In this document: positions 32,425 through 44,094 of the stretch, piece by piece | Layout: each line of letters starts with the position of its first letter | How positions within the stretch are numbered: the stretch's first letter is position 1 | From: Cyanophora paradoxa CCMP329 | Taxonomy: Eukaryota > Plantae > Glaucophyta | Assembly: GCA_004431415.1 (NCBI GenBank) | Contig: QPMI01000475.1 | Location: 27,887 to 91,886, forward strand | Length of the DNA stretch: 64,000 bases | Reading direction: 5' to 3' | Program-made: the position numbers and the translations under genes | The notes under the pieces: generated by a model | Seen by the model: only the letters and a program-made list of their open reading frames with translations | The model's database searches: none | What the model was told of the DNA's origin: nothing

Positions 32425-35400
32425 ATGGCGGAGGGGCGTCCGCGCGACTTCACCGCGTGCGGCACGCGCTCCTCTCCCCTCTTGTGCCGCTCGCACGCGG
32501 CTGCGCTGGCGCCCGTTCGTCGTCGAGGTCTGAGCCGTCGGCGCTGGAAGTCGTTGAAGGGCGCTACAACCCGCGCTAGCGTTCACACCGGCTAGTGTGG
32601 TCCGGAGTCCGGACAGGACCTCCACGCACGAGTCGCCGGCAGCGCGAGCCAAGCCAGACAGTGTTTCAGTCGCGTACCCCACTCCGCTCGTTAGCTGGCA
32701 ACGCCAGCAGCGGGCAGGCGCCATGGACTTCCTGCGCGCCTTATCCTTAGCGAGCAACACATCTGCGCCGGAGCTCGGCGGTCCGGTGACAGAGGCGATC
32801 TCGAGCGCGCTGCGGGTACGCAGCAGCGCCGCTGCGCGTGCGGGCGCCGCTTCTCTAGCTAACACGCCGAGTCGCAGCTTGGGCACACGCCAGCGCTGCT
32901 CGAGCAGCTGTTCGAGGAGCTCGCCTCGAGCCAGGATGACCTCAACTTCTCCTGCGCGTGCCTCCGGGCGCTGCACGTCCTGGCGCGGGACATGGAGTGC
33001 CCCAGGTCGACAGCCGTAAGCTCCGTCCGCGAGGGGGAGCCTGCGCGGCGCCAGAAGACGCGCCCCGCAGGTCCTGGCTCGCTTCTGGATCGGGCCGTGC
33101 ACGAAGCTCTTCTCGGCCGGCAGGGACCCCGACCGGCGGCCGCTTCGGAGGCTGGGTGAGCCTCCGGCGCCGTCCCCGAGCCGCGTGCGGGCGCGCGCCG
33201 ACGGCGAGCGCAGCGGGGCAGGTGCTGGCGGACGCGATCCAGCGCGCGGGGCCGGACGCGGGGGAAGCGCTGGCGGCGATCACAGGGGCGTGCGTGGGCG
33301 CGGTGCGGGACATGGAGGAGGGCCCCGGGGCGGACGGCCTGGGCGACGAGGGCGCGGCGCTGCCCGAGGGGCGCGTCTCGGCCTGGGGCGCCTGCGAGCT
33401 CGCCGCCGACCTGATCGAGTGCCTCCCGGTGCGAGCCGCGCGCGCGCGCGGCGAGCCTCGTCTGACAAGCGGGCCCGGGCAGGCGGAGGACGGGGCGCGG
33501 CTGGCGGGCGCGCTCTTCGGGCCGCTGCTGGTGCTGCTCGCCGCCTGCGAGACCCCGGCGCTGCTGCTCCACGCCGCCAACACCGCCCTCACCGCCGCCG
33601 TCGCCGCCTCCGCCGCCGCCCCGGACGCCCCCGCCCACTCCGCCCGCATGAAGGCGCGCGCACCCGTACCCCTCCGCCCCACGCGCTCTCGTCCGCGCGG
33701 CGCTCACTCGCGTACCCTCCACATGCACAGGACCTGTTCGAGACTTGCGCGGCGATGCTCTCCCGCGGGCGCGCCGATGCGCAGACCGACGCCCTCGGCA
33801 TCCTCTGCCGGCCCGCACCCCTCTACCCCTGCATCTTCCCCCCCCTTCTTACCCGTACCCCCCGCAGGTTTTACGGCGACCTCGAGTCCTCGGGCGGTGT
33901 GCTCGGCGAAACGCGCTTCTGGGACGCGCTCACGGTACCCGCCCCACTTGTGGAGCTCGGCGGTACTCTCGGTGCCCGCTGAACCGGCGGGGCGCAGGGC
34001 GGCCTGGTCGCCTCGGATCCCCTCGCCCGCAAGCGCGCCCTGTACCTGGCCAAGGTCCGCCCCTTCCCGTCCCCCCACTCGCCTCCTCTCCGCTCAGCCC
34101 GCGGCGCAGCGGGCGATCGAGAGCCTGACAGGGCCGGCGGGGTCGGCGCGCCCCTGGCCCGCCTTCGTGCCTTGGCCCTCCCGCCAGCTCTGGGACGCGT
34201 ACTTTCTCGTCTTTGGTGCGCGCCCCGTACCCCGTCCAACATCCCCCCCCCCTCCGACGCGCCGGCGCTGCAGACACGCTCGACACGCACGCGCTGCACC
34301 TCATCGAGGCGCCCGCTCGTACCCCCGCCCGCTCGCCGTACCCCCGGCGCGCTCACTTGTCTCCCCCCTCGCCCTGCAGCCGGTCTGGCCCCAGATCGAC
34401 GTCCTCATGGGCTGGGAGGCCCCTCGCGAGGTGCGGCTTCCTCGTGGACGTCGTTTCCGCTACCCGAATTAACATTGCCGTACCCCCAGGCGGAGAAGTA
34501 CTCGGGGATGCACTTCGCGTGGGTCGCCGCCCTCTTCCGCAAGGCGCGCCCCCCGCCCCCCAGCCCCTCCGCCATGTACCCCTCTCGAATCGCTAACATA
34601 CCCCCCGCTTCCCCACTTGACAGATCCTGGAGCACGGCAACTACACCGTCTCGAAGGTGCGCGTACCCCTCCCGCCCACCCCCCCCCCCCCCCCCTCTCG
34701 AATCCGAGCGGCGGCCTCCTCGCGCAGCTGGCGCTGGACTGGCTGGTGGCGCGGGGGGCGGGGCGGGGCGGGCTCGTCGTACCCCCCGACTTCCTCGTGG
34801 GGCACGTGATGCGGGCCCTCACCAGCGCCTCCTTCTACCGCGACGGCGACGGCTGCCGCCGGTGAGGCCCCGGATCGAATCAGATCTGATCTGACCTGAT
34901 CAGGTCTGATCTGATCTGATCGTGGCGCCTTGCGGGGGCAGGGAGGCCGAGTTCGCGGCGCGCTTCCGCGCCTACTTCGACGCCTGCGCCGCCGCGTACC
35001 CCCCGGGCGTGCGCGCCTGTACCCCTGCCGGCCAGGCGCGGCGTCGAGCGGGCACGGGGCGCAGGCGGTGTCGCGCCTGCTGAGCCTCCTGCTGACCGTC
35101 GTCACTGACGCCTGCGCCATCCGCCCCACCCTCGTCTGCCCCTTCCATCCGGCCCTTTGCTCCGCCTCCCTTCCTTGAGCTCACCTCGCCCCCAGCTGCT
35201 GTACCTGGCGTGTCTGGAGTCGGCGACGAAGCTGGCGCCCGCCAGCATGGGCCCCGAGGCCCTCGACGCCGTCCGCCGCATGGCCACCGACCGGGTACAA
35301 CAGCCTTTTGAGTGCTTGAATTTTCGAAGCTTTGAACGTCCCGGGCGCCCCGCAGATCCCGGGGTACCAGCCGGCGTGCTGCCGGGCGCGGATGAACGCG

Positions 35401-38400
35401 GGGGCGCTGCGCTGCGCGACGACGCTGGCGGACCCGCGGCGCTGCTCGCTGCCCGCCGCGGCGCGCTTCCTCTCCTCGTTCCCCCCGGCCGTGCTGGCCT
35501 CGGAGGCGGCGGCGGTGGAGGCGTGGCTGGGCGCCATGGGCCCCGCCTTCTCGGCCGGCCTGCCCGACACCGTCGACACGTACGTCCGCCCCACGGCGGC
35601 CGAGCAGCAGCACGGCGGGCACGAGCGGCGCTCCCCGCGGCCGGAGGCGCCGGCGCCGGTCTCGGGCGGGGACGTGCGGCGCTGGCGCGAGGCGGCCCAG
35701 CAGATCGCGTGCCTCGCGCGCTTCGTGCCCGCCGGCGAGTCCTTCCCCCGCCTCCTCGCCCCCTCTTCGGCAAGCTCGGCGGCATCTTCCGCCAGGCCCG
35801 CCCCCGTACCCCCCTCGGCGTTTCTCCCCCCCTCACCCCCATCCCCAGACGTACATGGCGCGGGGGACGCCGGAGCGGCTGCTCGTCCTCCTGGACACGC
35901 TCCTCGCCCACTTCGGCGCGCCCTCCCCCCACCGCCTCTCGGCTTTACCACCGTCTTCTAAGCTATTGTTTCGCAGGGTGGTACACGCCGGCGCAGCGCC
36001 GCGTCCTCGCCGAGGGCTCCGCCATGGTCGCCGAGGAGGCCCGCCCCGCTCCCCTTTCCGCCCCCGGCCCCTTCCCGCCGGATGACACTGCGGCAGGTCG
36101 TCGCGTACTGCTGCAGCCGCGTCCGTATGGACGTCGCCGACGGGTGCGGCCGGCCGGCCGGCGGCTCCGGCTCTTGTCCCCGCCTCCGGACCTGACGGCT
36201 TCCCCGCAGGTCGGAGGAGGAGGGGGCGGAGGGGACGCGCGTCTGCCTCCTCGCCATGCACGCCCTCGCCCAGGCGCGCTCCGCCCCGCGCCTCGTCCAC
36301 CATCCTTCTTCTTCCTCTGATCCCCTTCGTCTCCGGCAGCCGTGGCTGGCGTCCCGGGCGCCGGCCGTGCTCCCCTGCGTCGCCCGCCTCCTCGCCTCGG
36401 CGGTCCGCCTCCTCCGCTCCCCGGCCGTCGCCGCCGCCCGCGCCCCGGAGGCCTCCACCCCGGCCCTCGAGCTCGCCAAGCTCAACGCCGCGCGCGCCGT
36501 CTGGGTCGCCGCCGCCTGCGCCCTCAAGGGCGGCGAGGCCGAGTTTTCCGCGGCGCTCCGCTCCGAGCTCGAGGGCAGGCGCGCCCGCCCACGCCCGCGT
36601 TCGCGCCGTCTTTCCGCCTCTTCTGAAGGGTCGGCCGCAGCGGGGAGGAGGGCGCCTGGTGGGTGGAGGCGGCGCTGACGGCCCTCGTGGCGGCCCCGCC
36701 CCTCGCGCGCCCCGCGGGGGCCCGCGGGCACCCCTCCGGCGGCCTCGGCGTGCGCCCGGGGCCTTCCCCTCCAAGCTTCGCCTTCCGCCCTCAGAAGCTC
36801 CGTTCGCAGAAACTGGCGCACCTCGAGGGCTCCGCCGGCCTCAACTGGGTGCGCCCGCCCCCGCCCCGCCCCGCCCCGCCCCGCCCCGCCGGCCCCGCCG
36901 CTGACCTCGCCCCGCCCCCGCCCCGACCCCAGCTGGGCCTCTCGTCGGAGTACCTGGCGTGCAAGGCCGACGCGATGCTCTCGCTGCTGCGCCTGGCCGC
37001 CCGCGCGGGGCGGGCGCTGCCCCCCGCCGCCCTCGAGGCCGCCTGGGAATCCGCCTCGGGCGACGTCGGCCACGCCACCCACGGCGCGCCCCGTACCCCC
37101 CTTGTTCTATTTATAAATCCTCGCTCATTCTTCGCGCCGCAGAGCACGCGGTGCCCCTCTTCGAGTCCCTCGCGCACCTCGTCCTCCACGTCCTCGAGAG
37201 TGCGTACCCCCCCCTCACTCCCCCCCCCCTTTTTCTTAAAGCGGGCGCAGCGGACGGCGACGCGGCGCGCATCGAGCCGGTGCTCTCCTGCGGCTGGAGC
37301 CTCGTCTGCGAGTGCGTACCCCCGCCCCCGCCCCTTCGAGATACGTACCCCGGCTGATTCCTTCTCCCCTGCAGGCTGGTGAACAAGCTGCCGATCGCGG
37401 CGCTGAGCTTCGCGCGGCTGCTGCTGCCGCCGCCCGTCGCCGCCCGCCCCGACCTCCTCCCCCTCCTCGGGCCCCTCGTCCGCCAGTGCGCGGAACCCCG
37501 CCCCGTACCCCCTTCTCTCTCCCTCTGATCGGGTACCCAGGTACGCGGGGAAGCTGATCGCGTTCGGGGAGAAGGAGCGGCCGCGGCTGACGAACGCGAT
37601 CCCGATGCACCTCTGCGGCTCCGTCCTCGCCCCCATGCCCGCCGCCGCCGCCGTCTTCGCCCCCCTCGTCCGCCCCCGCCAGCGGCCGCCCTTCGCATCC
37701 GCTCTTCTTCGTGACTCGAACCGCTCCTCTTCCCCCGCCCCGCAGATCGTGGACCTCTGCATCTCGGGGTCCGCCAAGACCGAGCACGACGACGTGCGCG
37801 GACGCGCCCCTACCCCCCATCCAATCCCCCCCGACGCCCCCCCCCCCCCCCCCCCCCCCAGGCGCGGTTCGCGACGGAGGCGTCGGGGGGCTCGCTGGAC
37901 GAGGCGCTGGGGGGCCTCCTCGCGCCCCACGACGACGAGGCCTCCCTCCAGGCAATTTGATCTGAAGATTTGATCTGAGTATTCCACTTTCGATTTGAGC
38001 GAGCGTTCTGCAGGGGGCGCTGCTGGGGCAGGAGCTGCCCGTGAGCTCCCTCTTCGCGCGGCGCCTCGTGAACGTCTGGCTCGCCCGCGCCCTCGCCGAG
38101 GCGCAGGCCCCCGCCGCCCCGGGCGAGCCCGAGGCCGCCGCCCGCCGCCGCGCCGACTCCCGCGCCGCCGTCCGGTGCCCGACTCTACTCACTCTCGGCT
38201 CCAGCCCGCGCCTGATCTCGGCCCCTGCAGGGCGGTGCTGGCGGCGCTTCTGGAGCGGAACGAGTCGCGCGAGATGAGCCGAGACTACAAGGTCCCCTCC
38301 CTCCCTCTCCGATACTTTTCAGGGCAAACTCCTCTCACTTTCCGCGCGCGCGCGCGTACCCCAGGTCGACTCCCCCGAGCACCGCCGCAAGGTCCGGGCC

Positions 38401-40107
38401 CCTCCAGCCCATCTTCTCGGCCCCCGCCCGCCCGCCCCTTTCAATCACGCCCCCGCAGATCCGGCTGTGGCAGTCGATCTGCCTGCTCTCCCCCGCCGTC
38501 GCCTTAGACCGCGGCGCGCCCCCGCCCCGCCCGGCCCGCCCTCCCCTCGCCCTCGAGCCGGCCCTCACCCTCGCCCTCGCCCGCGCAGAGCTGGCGACGG
38601 AGGTGGAGGGGCGCGTCTGGCGCGTCCTCCTCGACCAGTTCAACCTCGCCTCCGTCCGCCAGGTCCGCCCAGGCCTTCCACGCCCCGCCCCCGCCCCGCC
38701 CCGCTCACTTTCCGCCAGTACATGGAGCTCGTGCTCGTGCGCCTCATGTGCATCTACCCGGACCGCATCCACGAGACCCTCGCCAAGTCCCCTCCCTCCC
38801 CCCTTTCCTCGCCTCCTATTCGTTTCGGTCCGGCCGACGCCGGGCGGCGCGCGGGGGCGCAGGCAGCTGGACAGCATGAACCACCGGCCGCAGAAGGCGC
38901 AGTCGCTGCTGCTCATCGCGACGCGCCTGCTCGGCTCCATGGCGCCCCGCCCCGCCGACCTCCGCCGCGTCCGCCGCCTTTCCCCCCCTTTCTTCTTTCC
39001 ACTTTTGATCGCGCGGGGCGGGCAGCATGCCTTCGTGCTGGTGCCGCGCCTCTCCCCCTACCTCGCCTCCCAGGTCCCCTCCTCCGCCCCCGTGTGGCTC
39101 TGCACCGAGCCGCGCGGGCAGAGCCACACGGTGCGGGCGCTGGCGGTGATCTGCCTCCGCCGCATCCTCGACGAGCTCCTCGCCGGCCACGCCCCCACCC
39201 GCCAGCCCCCGGCCCGCCCCGCCCCGCCCCGCCCCCTCCCTCCCGCCCTCCCTTACGCCCCCGGCAGGCCGAGGTGCCGGCGGGGGAGCTCGAGGCGATG
39301 GCCCCCGACCAGTGGTGGGGCGCCCTCGGCTGCCAGATCGCCCAGGCGCGCGTACCTCCCTCCGCTTCGCCCCCGCGCCCTCTGACGCCCCCTCCTCCGC
39401 CTCCGCCGCAGTGGGAGGGGCGGTTCCTCAGGGAGAACTCCGACCTGGTCAAGGTCTGGTCCAAGCAGGCGCGCCCCCGCCTCCTCACCGTTCCTTCTCG
39501 ATCCGCCTCTGAGCGAGCCCGTGGCCGGGGCGGCCTTCTCAGACGAAGTACTTCCTGGACGCGCTGCCGCCGGAGAAGGCGTGCGCGCTGGACGTGCTCA
39601 TCAACACGGCCGAGGGGACGGCCGTCGGCGCCGAGAAGGACGGGGAGGCGGGGGCGGGGGCGGGGGCGGGCCCCGTCGGCTCGGGCAACGTGGCCCCGGC
39701 CCCCGTCGAGATCCTCGCCTCCTTCCTCAAGGCTCGCGTACCCCCGCCCTCCTCTTTCTTCCCCCCTGTTCGATCCTCAGATCCGGGCGCAGCACGGGCT
39801 CTCGTTCGAGTACGCGGCCGAGCAGCCGCCGCCGACGCCCTCCACGCCCTCCACCCCGGCGGGGGCGGCGGCGGGGGCGGCGGAGGGGGAGGCGGAGTCT
39901 CCCGAGGCGGAGGCGGCGAACTTCCAGCGGAAGATCGTGCCGTGGAGCGAGATGGAGATCGGCATCGAGGCCGCCGCCTCCTCCAAGGTCGAGCAGGTCC
40001 GCCCCTCCTCCACGCCCCGGGCGCCTCGCCGGCTCACTCACCCTCCTTCCTCCCCCGCGCGGCAGGTCAACCGCCGGCGCCAGCAGGTGTGCCCCTCCCT
40101 CCCACCC

Positions 40108-40143
<36 letters not shown>

Positions 40144-41068
40144 ACCTCCCCGCAGATCATCGTGGTGGCGTCGCTGATCGACCGCGTGCCGAACCTCGCC
40201 GGCCTCGCCCGCACCTGCGAGGCCCGCCCCGCGCCCTCCCTCCCTTGCTCCGCCCCCCTCGAGCCCCGCCCGCGGCGCAGGTGTTCCTGGCGTCGCGGCT
40301 CGTCGTCCCCTCGCGCGCCCTCCTCGACGACGTCCTCTTCAAGCAGGCCCGCCCCGCCCCGCCCGCCCGCCCGCCCCGCCCAGGCTTCGGCTTAGGCTTC
40401 TGGGTGGACTCTTCTGTGTCTGACACGGCCGCGCGGCGCCGGCCGCCGGGCGCAGATCTCCGTCTCCGCGGACAAGTGGGTCCCCATCGACGAGTGCCCG
40501 CCCGAGGAGCTCGTCCCCTACCTCCGCGCGCGCCGCGCCGAGGGGTACAGCCTCCTCGGCCTCGAGCAGACCGCCAACAGCGCCTGCCTCTCCTCGTACC
40601 CCTTCCCCCCGCGCGCCGTCCTCGTCCTCGGTGCTTCCCCCGTACCCCTGCCGGGCGGGACTGTAACCCCACCGTGCAAGGCTGAACCCCCGACAGGGCG
40701 CGAGAAAGAGGGAATACCGGCGGACCTCATCCAGGTATGCCGCTGTACCCCTCCCTTCCCCTCTCGCTCCCTCCCTCTCTTCCCCTTACCGGGGTACGCC
40801 CGCAGCTGCTGGACGCGTGCATCGAGATCCCGCAGCTGGGCGTCATCCGCTCGCTCAACGTGCACGTCTCCGGCGCCATCATGATCTGGTACCCCCCGCG
40901 CCCCAAGCAATCCCCGCCGCCGCCCCCCGCGCCTGATGGAACTCGCGATCGGGCAGGGAGTACACGCGGCAGCAGCGCGTCAAGGCTGCTGCTGCTGCCG
41001 CCGCCGCCGCCGCCGCCGCTGCGGCACTGCCCCCGACCTCGGGTTCGAGCTCTGTTCCCGCGAGATGA
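32425..41068 (+). CDS. TARBP1: tRNA (guanosine-18-2'-O)-methyltransferase TARBP1/Trm3 (many short introns)
   Basis: C-terminal SpoU domain ([33 protein letters not shown]|[33 protein letters not shown]) preceded by NFQRKIVPW and a long helical region. Start uncertain. Confidence 0.88.
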
Positions 41069-41830
41069 CGTCGACGCCGACGGCAGTGTACAATGTACAC
41101 GTGCACGCGTACGCATTTACTATATGTGATAGAAATAATGAGCCCATCATATCGTGCCAGGCCAGGCTTGCCCGGCGCTGGCCAGGGCCTGGTCAGGGGG
41201 CCCAGGGTTCTCGGCCATGCCCCTCGCAAGCTTAAGGAGCTTCGAATTTCCGGCCTCTATATCTAGATCTCCGGTCCGGATCCGCCATCCTCATCATGGC
41301 ATTAATGCACCGGCCCACCCGCGGTTATCCCCGGCCACGCGTACGGCTGGAGTCGGGGGTAGGATACGTGCTTCTGCGCATATATATATGCATACATGCA
41401 TGCCGCTGCGCATGCGCATGCAGGCCCCCGCGCGCGAGAGGCCGGCGCCGGCGCCGGCGCATCCGCGCGCGCGCGGGCCGCAGCTGCGCATGCAGGCCCT
41501 GACTCACAGTCTGAGTGATCATGATCATGAGGGGCTCCGGATCCGGGCCGGCGCGCGCCGGCGCCTCCTGCGCGGTAGGCTGCACCATGCCATGATGGGC
41601 CGGCCTCTCCCCCGGCTCCGGCTTATAATTATACTCCCGCACGCGTGGCCGTACGCGTAGGCCAGCTAGACTCATCTCTCGACTTGACACAGATGGACAC
41701 CTCAGGGCCTCAGTTGTATTCCTAGCCATTTCTCGGTGTGTGCGAATTCGAATTCATTTATATATCCGGCCCCGCCCGGCGCGGCGCGTGCCGGCACCGG
41801 CCCCCTAGGCCTCGAGCTCCCCCTTAAGCT

Positions 41831-41861
<31 letters not shown>

Positions 41862-42098
41862 CCCCCACACCGCCGAGACCGGGTATCTGAAAGGGCGAGA
41901 TGGGGTACATGATCAGGAAACTACCTGTCCGAGTCGGCGCTGTCGATGTGCGCGTCGCTTCGATGCAGCATGAACGGGGCCCGTGACGTGGATGGGCGAC
42001 CAATGGTAAGCGAAATAACCGCCAACTATAAAATTCAGCCGGCCCCGTCGATTCGAAAAACGAAATTCTGTTTTATATATATGACATAGTTACCTTTG

Positions 42099-43567
42099 CC
42101 CTCCCTCCCCCCCTCGAGCTCCGGGTCCTCGGCCTCTGCCCCGCTTCCGAGTGTTGGCGAGACTGTCCTCTTTTCGGTCTCCCCGTCATTCCGGCTCCCT
42201 GCTCCCCCTTCGGCGCCTCGGGTCCCATATGCGGGTCCTATCCCGCTTCCTGGCGCTCGTGAGATTCGCCGCCGGCGCCCTCGTCGGGCCCTTGCGCCCT
42301 CGAGCTCGTCTCTCTCTGCGCCGCCCATGGCCATGACCTCCGTGTCATCTGATCCGGCGCCACCCGACCTTTCTCCAGCTTCGCTGCCCTCTCTTCGGCG
42401 CCGGCAGCGATCCCCGTCACCTGCTCGCGGCCCTTCCCCTGCCTCCGACCCTTCCTCGGCCCCTCCTCGCCTAGGCCTCTTCCGTCTCGTCGGCCCCCGC
42501 CGCATTCCCGTCGGCGGATCTCTCGATCGACCCTGGACTCTCCGCCTGCCACTGTCTGCGGGGTACCTCCGCCGCCGTGTTCGGCGCCGGCTGTCAGTAC
42601 TTTGCTCGGTAGCTCCCCGTCGTGGCTCCTCGGGGGCCTCTTCGTCGTCGTCGTTCGCTGGGTTCCGGCTCCGGTCAGATTTCTCGCCGGGCTTACCTTC
42701 TCCTGGCTCTGCTCCTGGGCCCTCAGCTCCGGGACCGGCTTCCCCGATCTCCTCCCGGACTCGTGGTCGTACCCGTCGCCGGCTTGCCGAGCCTGCGGCT
42801 CCTTCTACTTCCCCCCGGCGGTTTGCCGGGCCGGACCCTCCGGCCTTTGTTCTTGATACCGGACTGCCGCCTTTGCCTTCGTCTTCTGCTTCGCTGGTCG
42901 CGATCGTATCCCGCCGGCGCCGGCGTACTTCTTCGTCTTCTAGTTTAGTTCGGTCTGGTTCGGATTCTGATCGTAGTGTTGATGCTAGAGTTAGTTTCAA
43001 TACTAGCTATAGTCCTCGTGCTCGACCTGTTGTTCGCCGTCGTTTGCAGTTCGATTGCCCGCCTCGACCCTGGCCGGCTTTAGTGATTCCTTTGACTGTC
43101 CTTTTGCCTGCTCTTGATCCGCCTGCTCCGCCTCCTGTGTCCTCCTCGACCTCGTGCCGTAGCTCTGCCCTTTCGCATCGTCCTGCTTCGCCTCCGCCTC
43201 CATGTCGTCTTGTTGTTCCTCTTACTTGTCTTCTTCCTGTTATTTATCTTTCTCAATTTTGTCCCCCGCTTCTTAGTGATGTAATTCCTTCTGACTCAGT
43301 GATATTGATGGTATCTCTAGCTCTGGCTCTTCTTCGTGTCAGTTATCCTCTGTCCCTAGATCTGCTCGATTTATCGTCTCTTCTCGCTATCGATCTGTCT
43401 CGAGCTCTGTGTCTTTCCTTTTTTATTGTCGATTTTGGCTCTTTGTCTTATCTTTCTTCGTGCTCTTGTCTTAGTTATTTTGCTTTTTTGTCTTTATGCC
43501 CCCTGGGCAGCCCCCGCAGTGCTGGTGTCTAGAGACTGTGGCCGGTAATTCACCAAAAAAAAAAAAA
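42099..43567 (+). mobile_element. Non-autonomous or 5'-truncated poly(A) retroposon with 8-bp target-site duplication
   Basis: TACCTTTG at 42091-42098 and 43568-43575. Ends ...GGCCGGTAATTCACC-poly(A). Strongly C/T-rich, with no RT motif recognised. Confidence 0.85.
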
Positions 43568-44094
43568 TACCTTTGTTTTAAATCAACAAATTGCTTATCC
43601 ACTTGTACCCCAACTTCATTCGCAGCCTGCGGACTGACGTAAAAACTGCTGTCTGTAGAACCCCCGCGCCGCCCTTGCGCATGCTCGCCGGTGCGCAGTG
43701 CGCACTGCGGAGTCTGCGGCACACGGTATGCGCGCGCGCGAGGCGTACACTAGTACTACTATAGCAGCAACAGAAGCAACGTTGCTACGCCGCTACGGTT
43801 AACAGCAGGCTGTCAGCAGCAGCTGCTGCTGCGCGCGCGCCTCCAGGCCCTGAGGCTACGCCGATCCGCGGGGTCAGGGTTCAGGACTCCGGGACTCCGG
43901 GAGAGCTTGCTCATCCATCCCATCAGCGACCGCAGCATTTGAGCAGCCGCCGATCATCGTTACAACGGAGTTACTCGAGCTCGCGTCGGGTTCCCATTTT
44001 GGCTGCGCTCCGTGCGCGGCATCAGCAGCTGCAGGCGCCGCTGGGCCTGAGGGTCCGCAGCAGAGGCGAGTGAGAGACGCTGCCGGCGGCTGGC

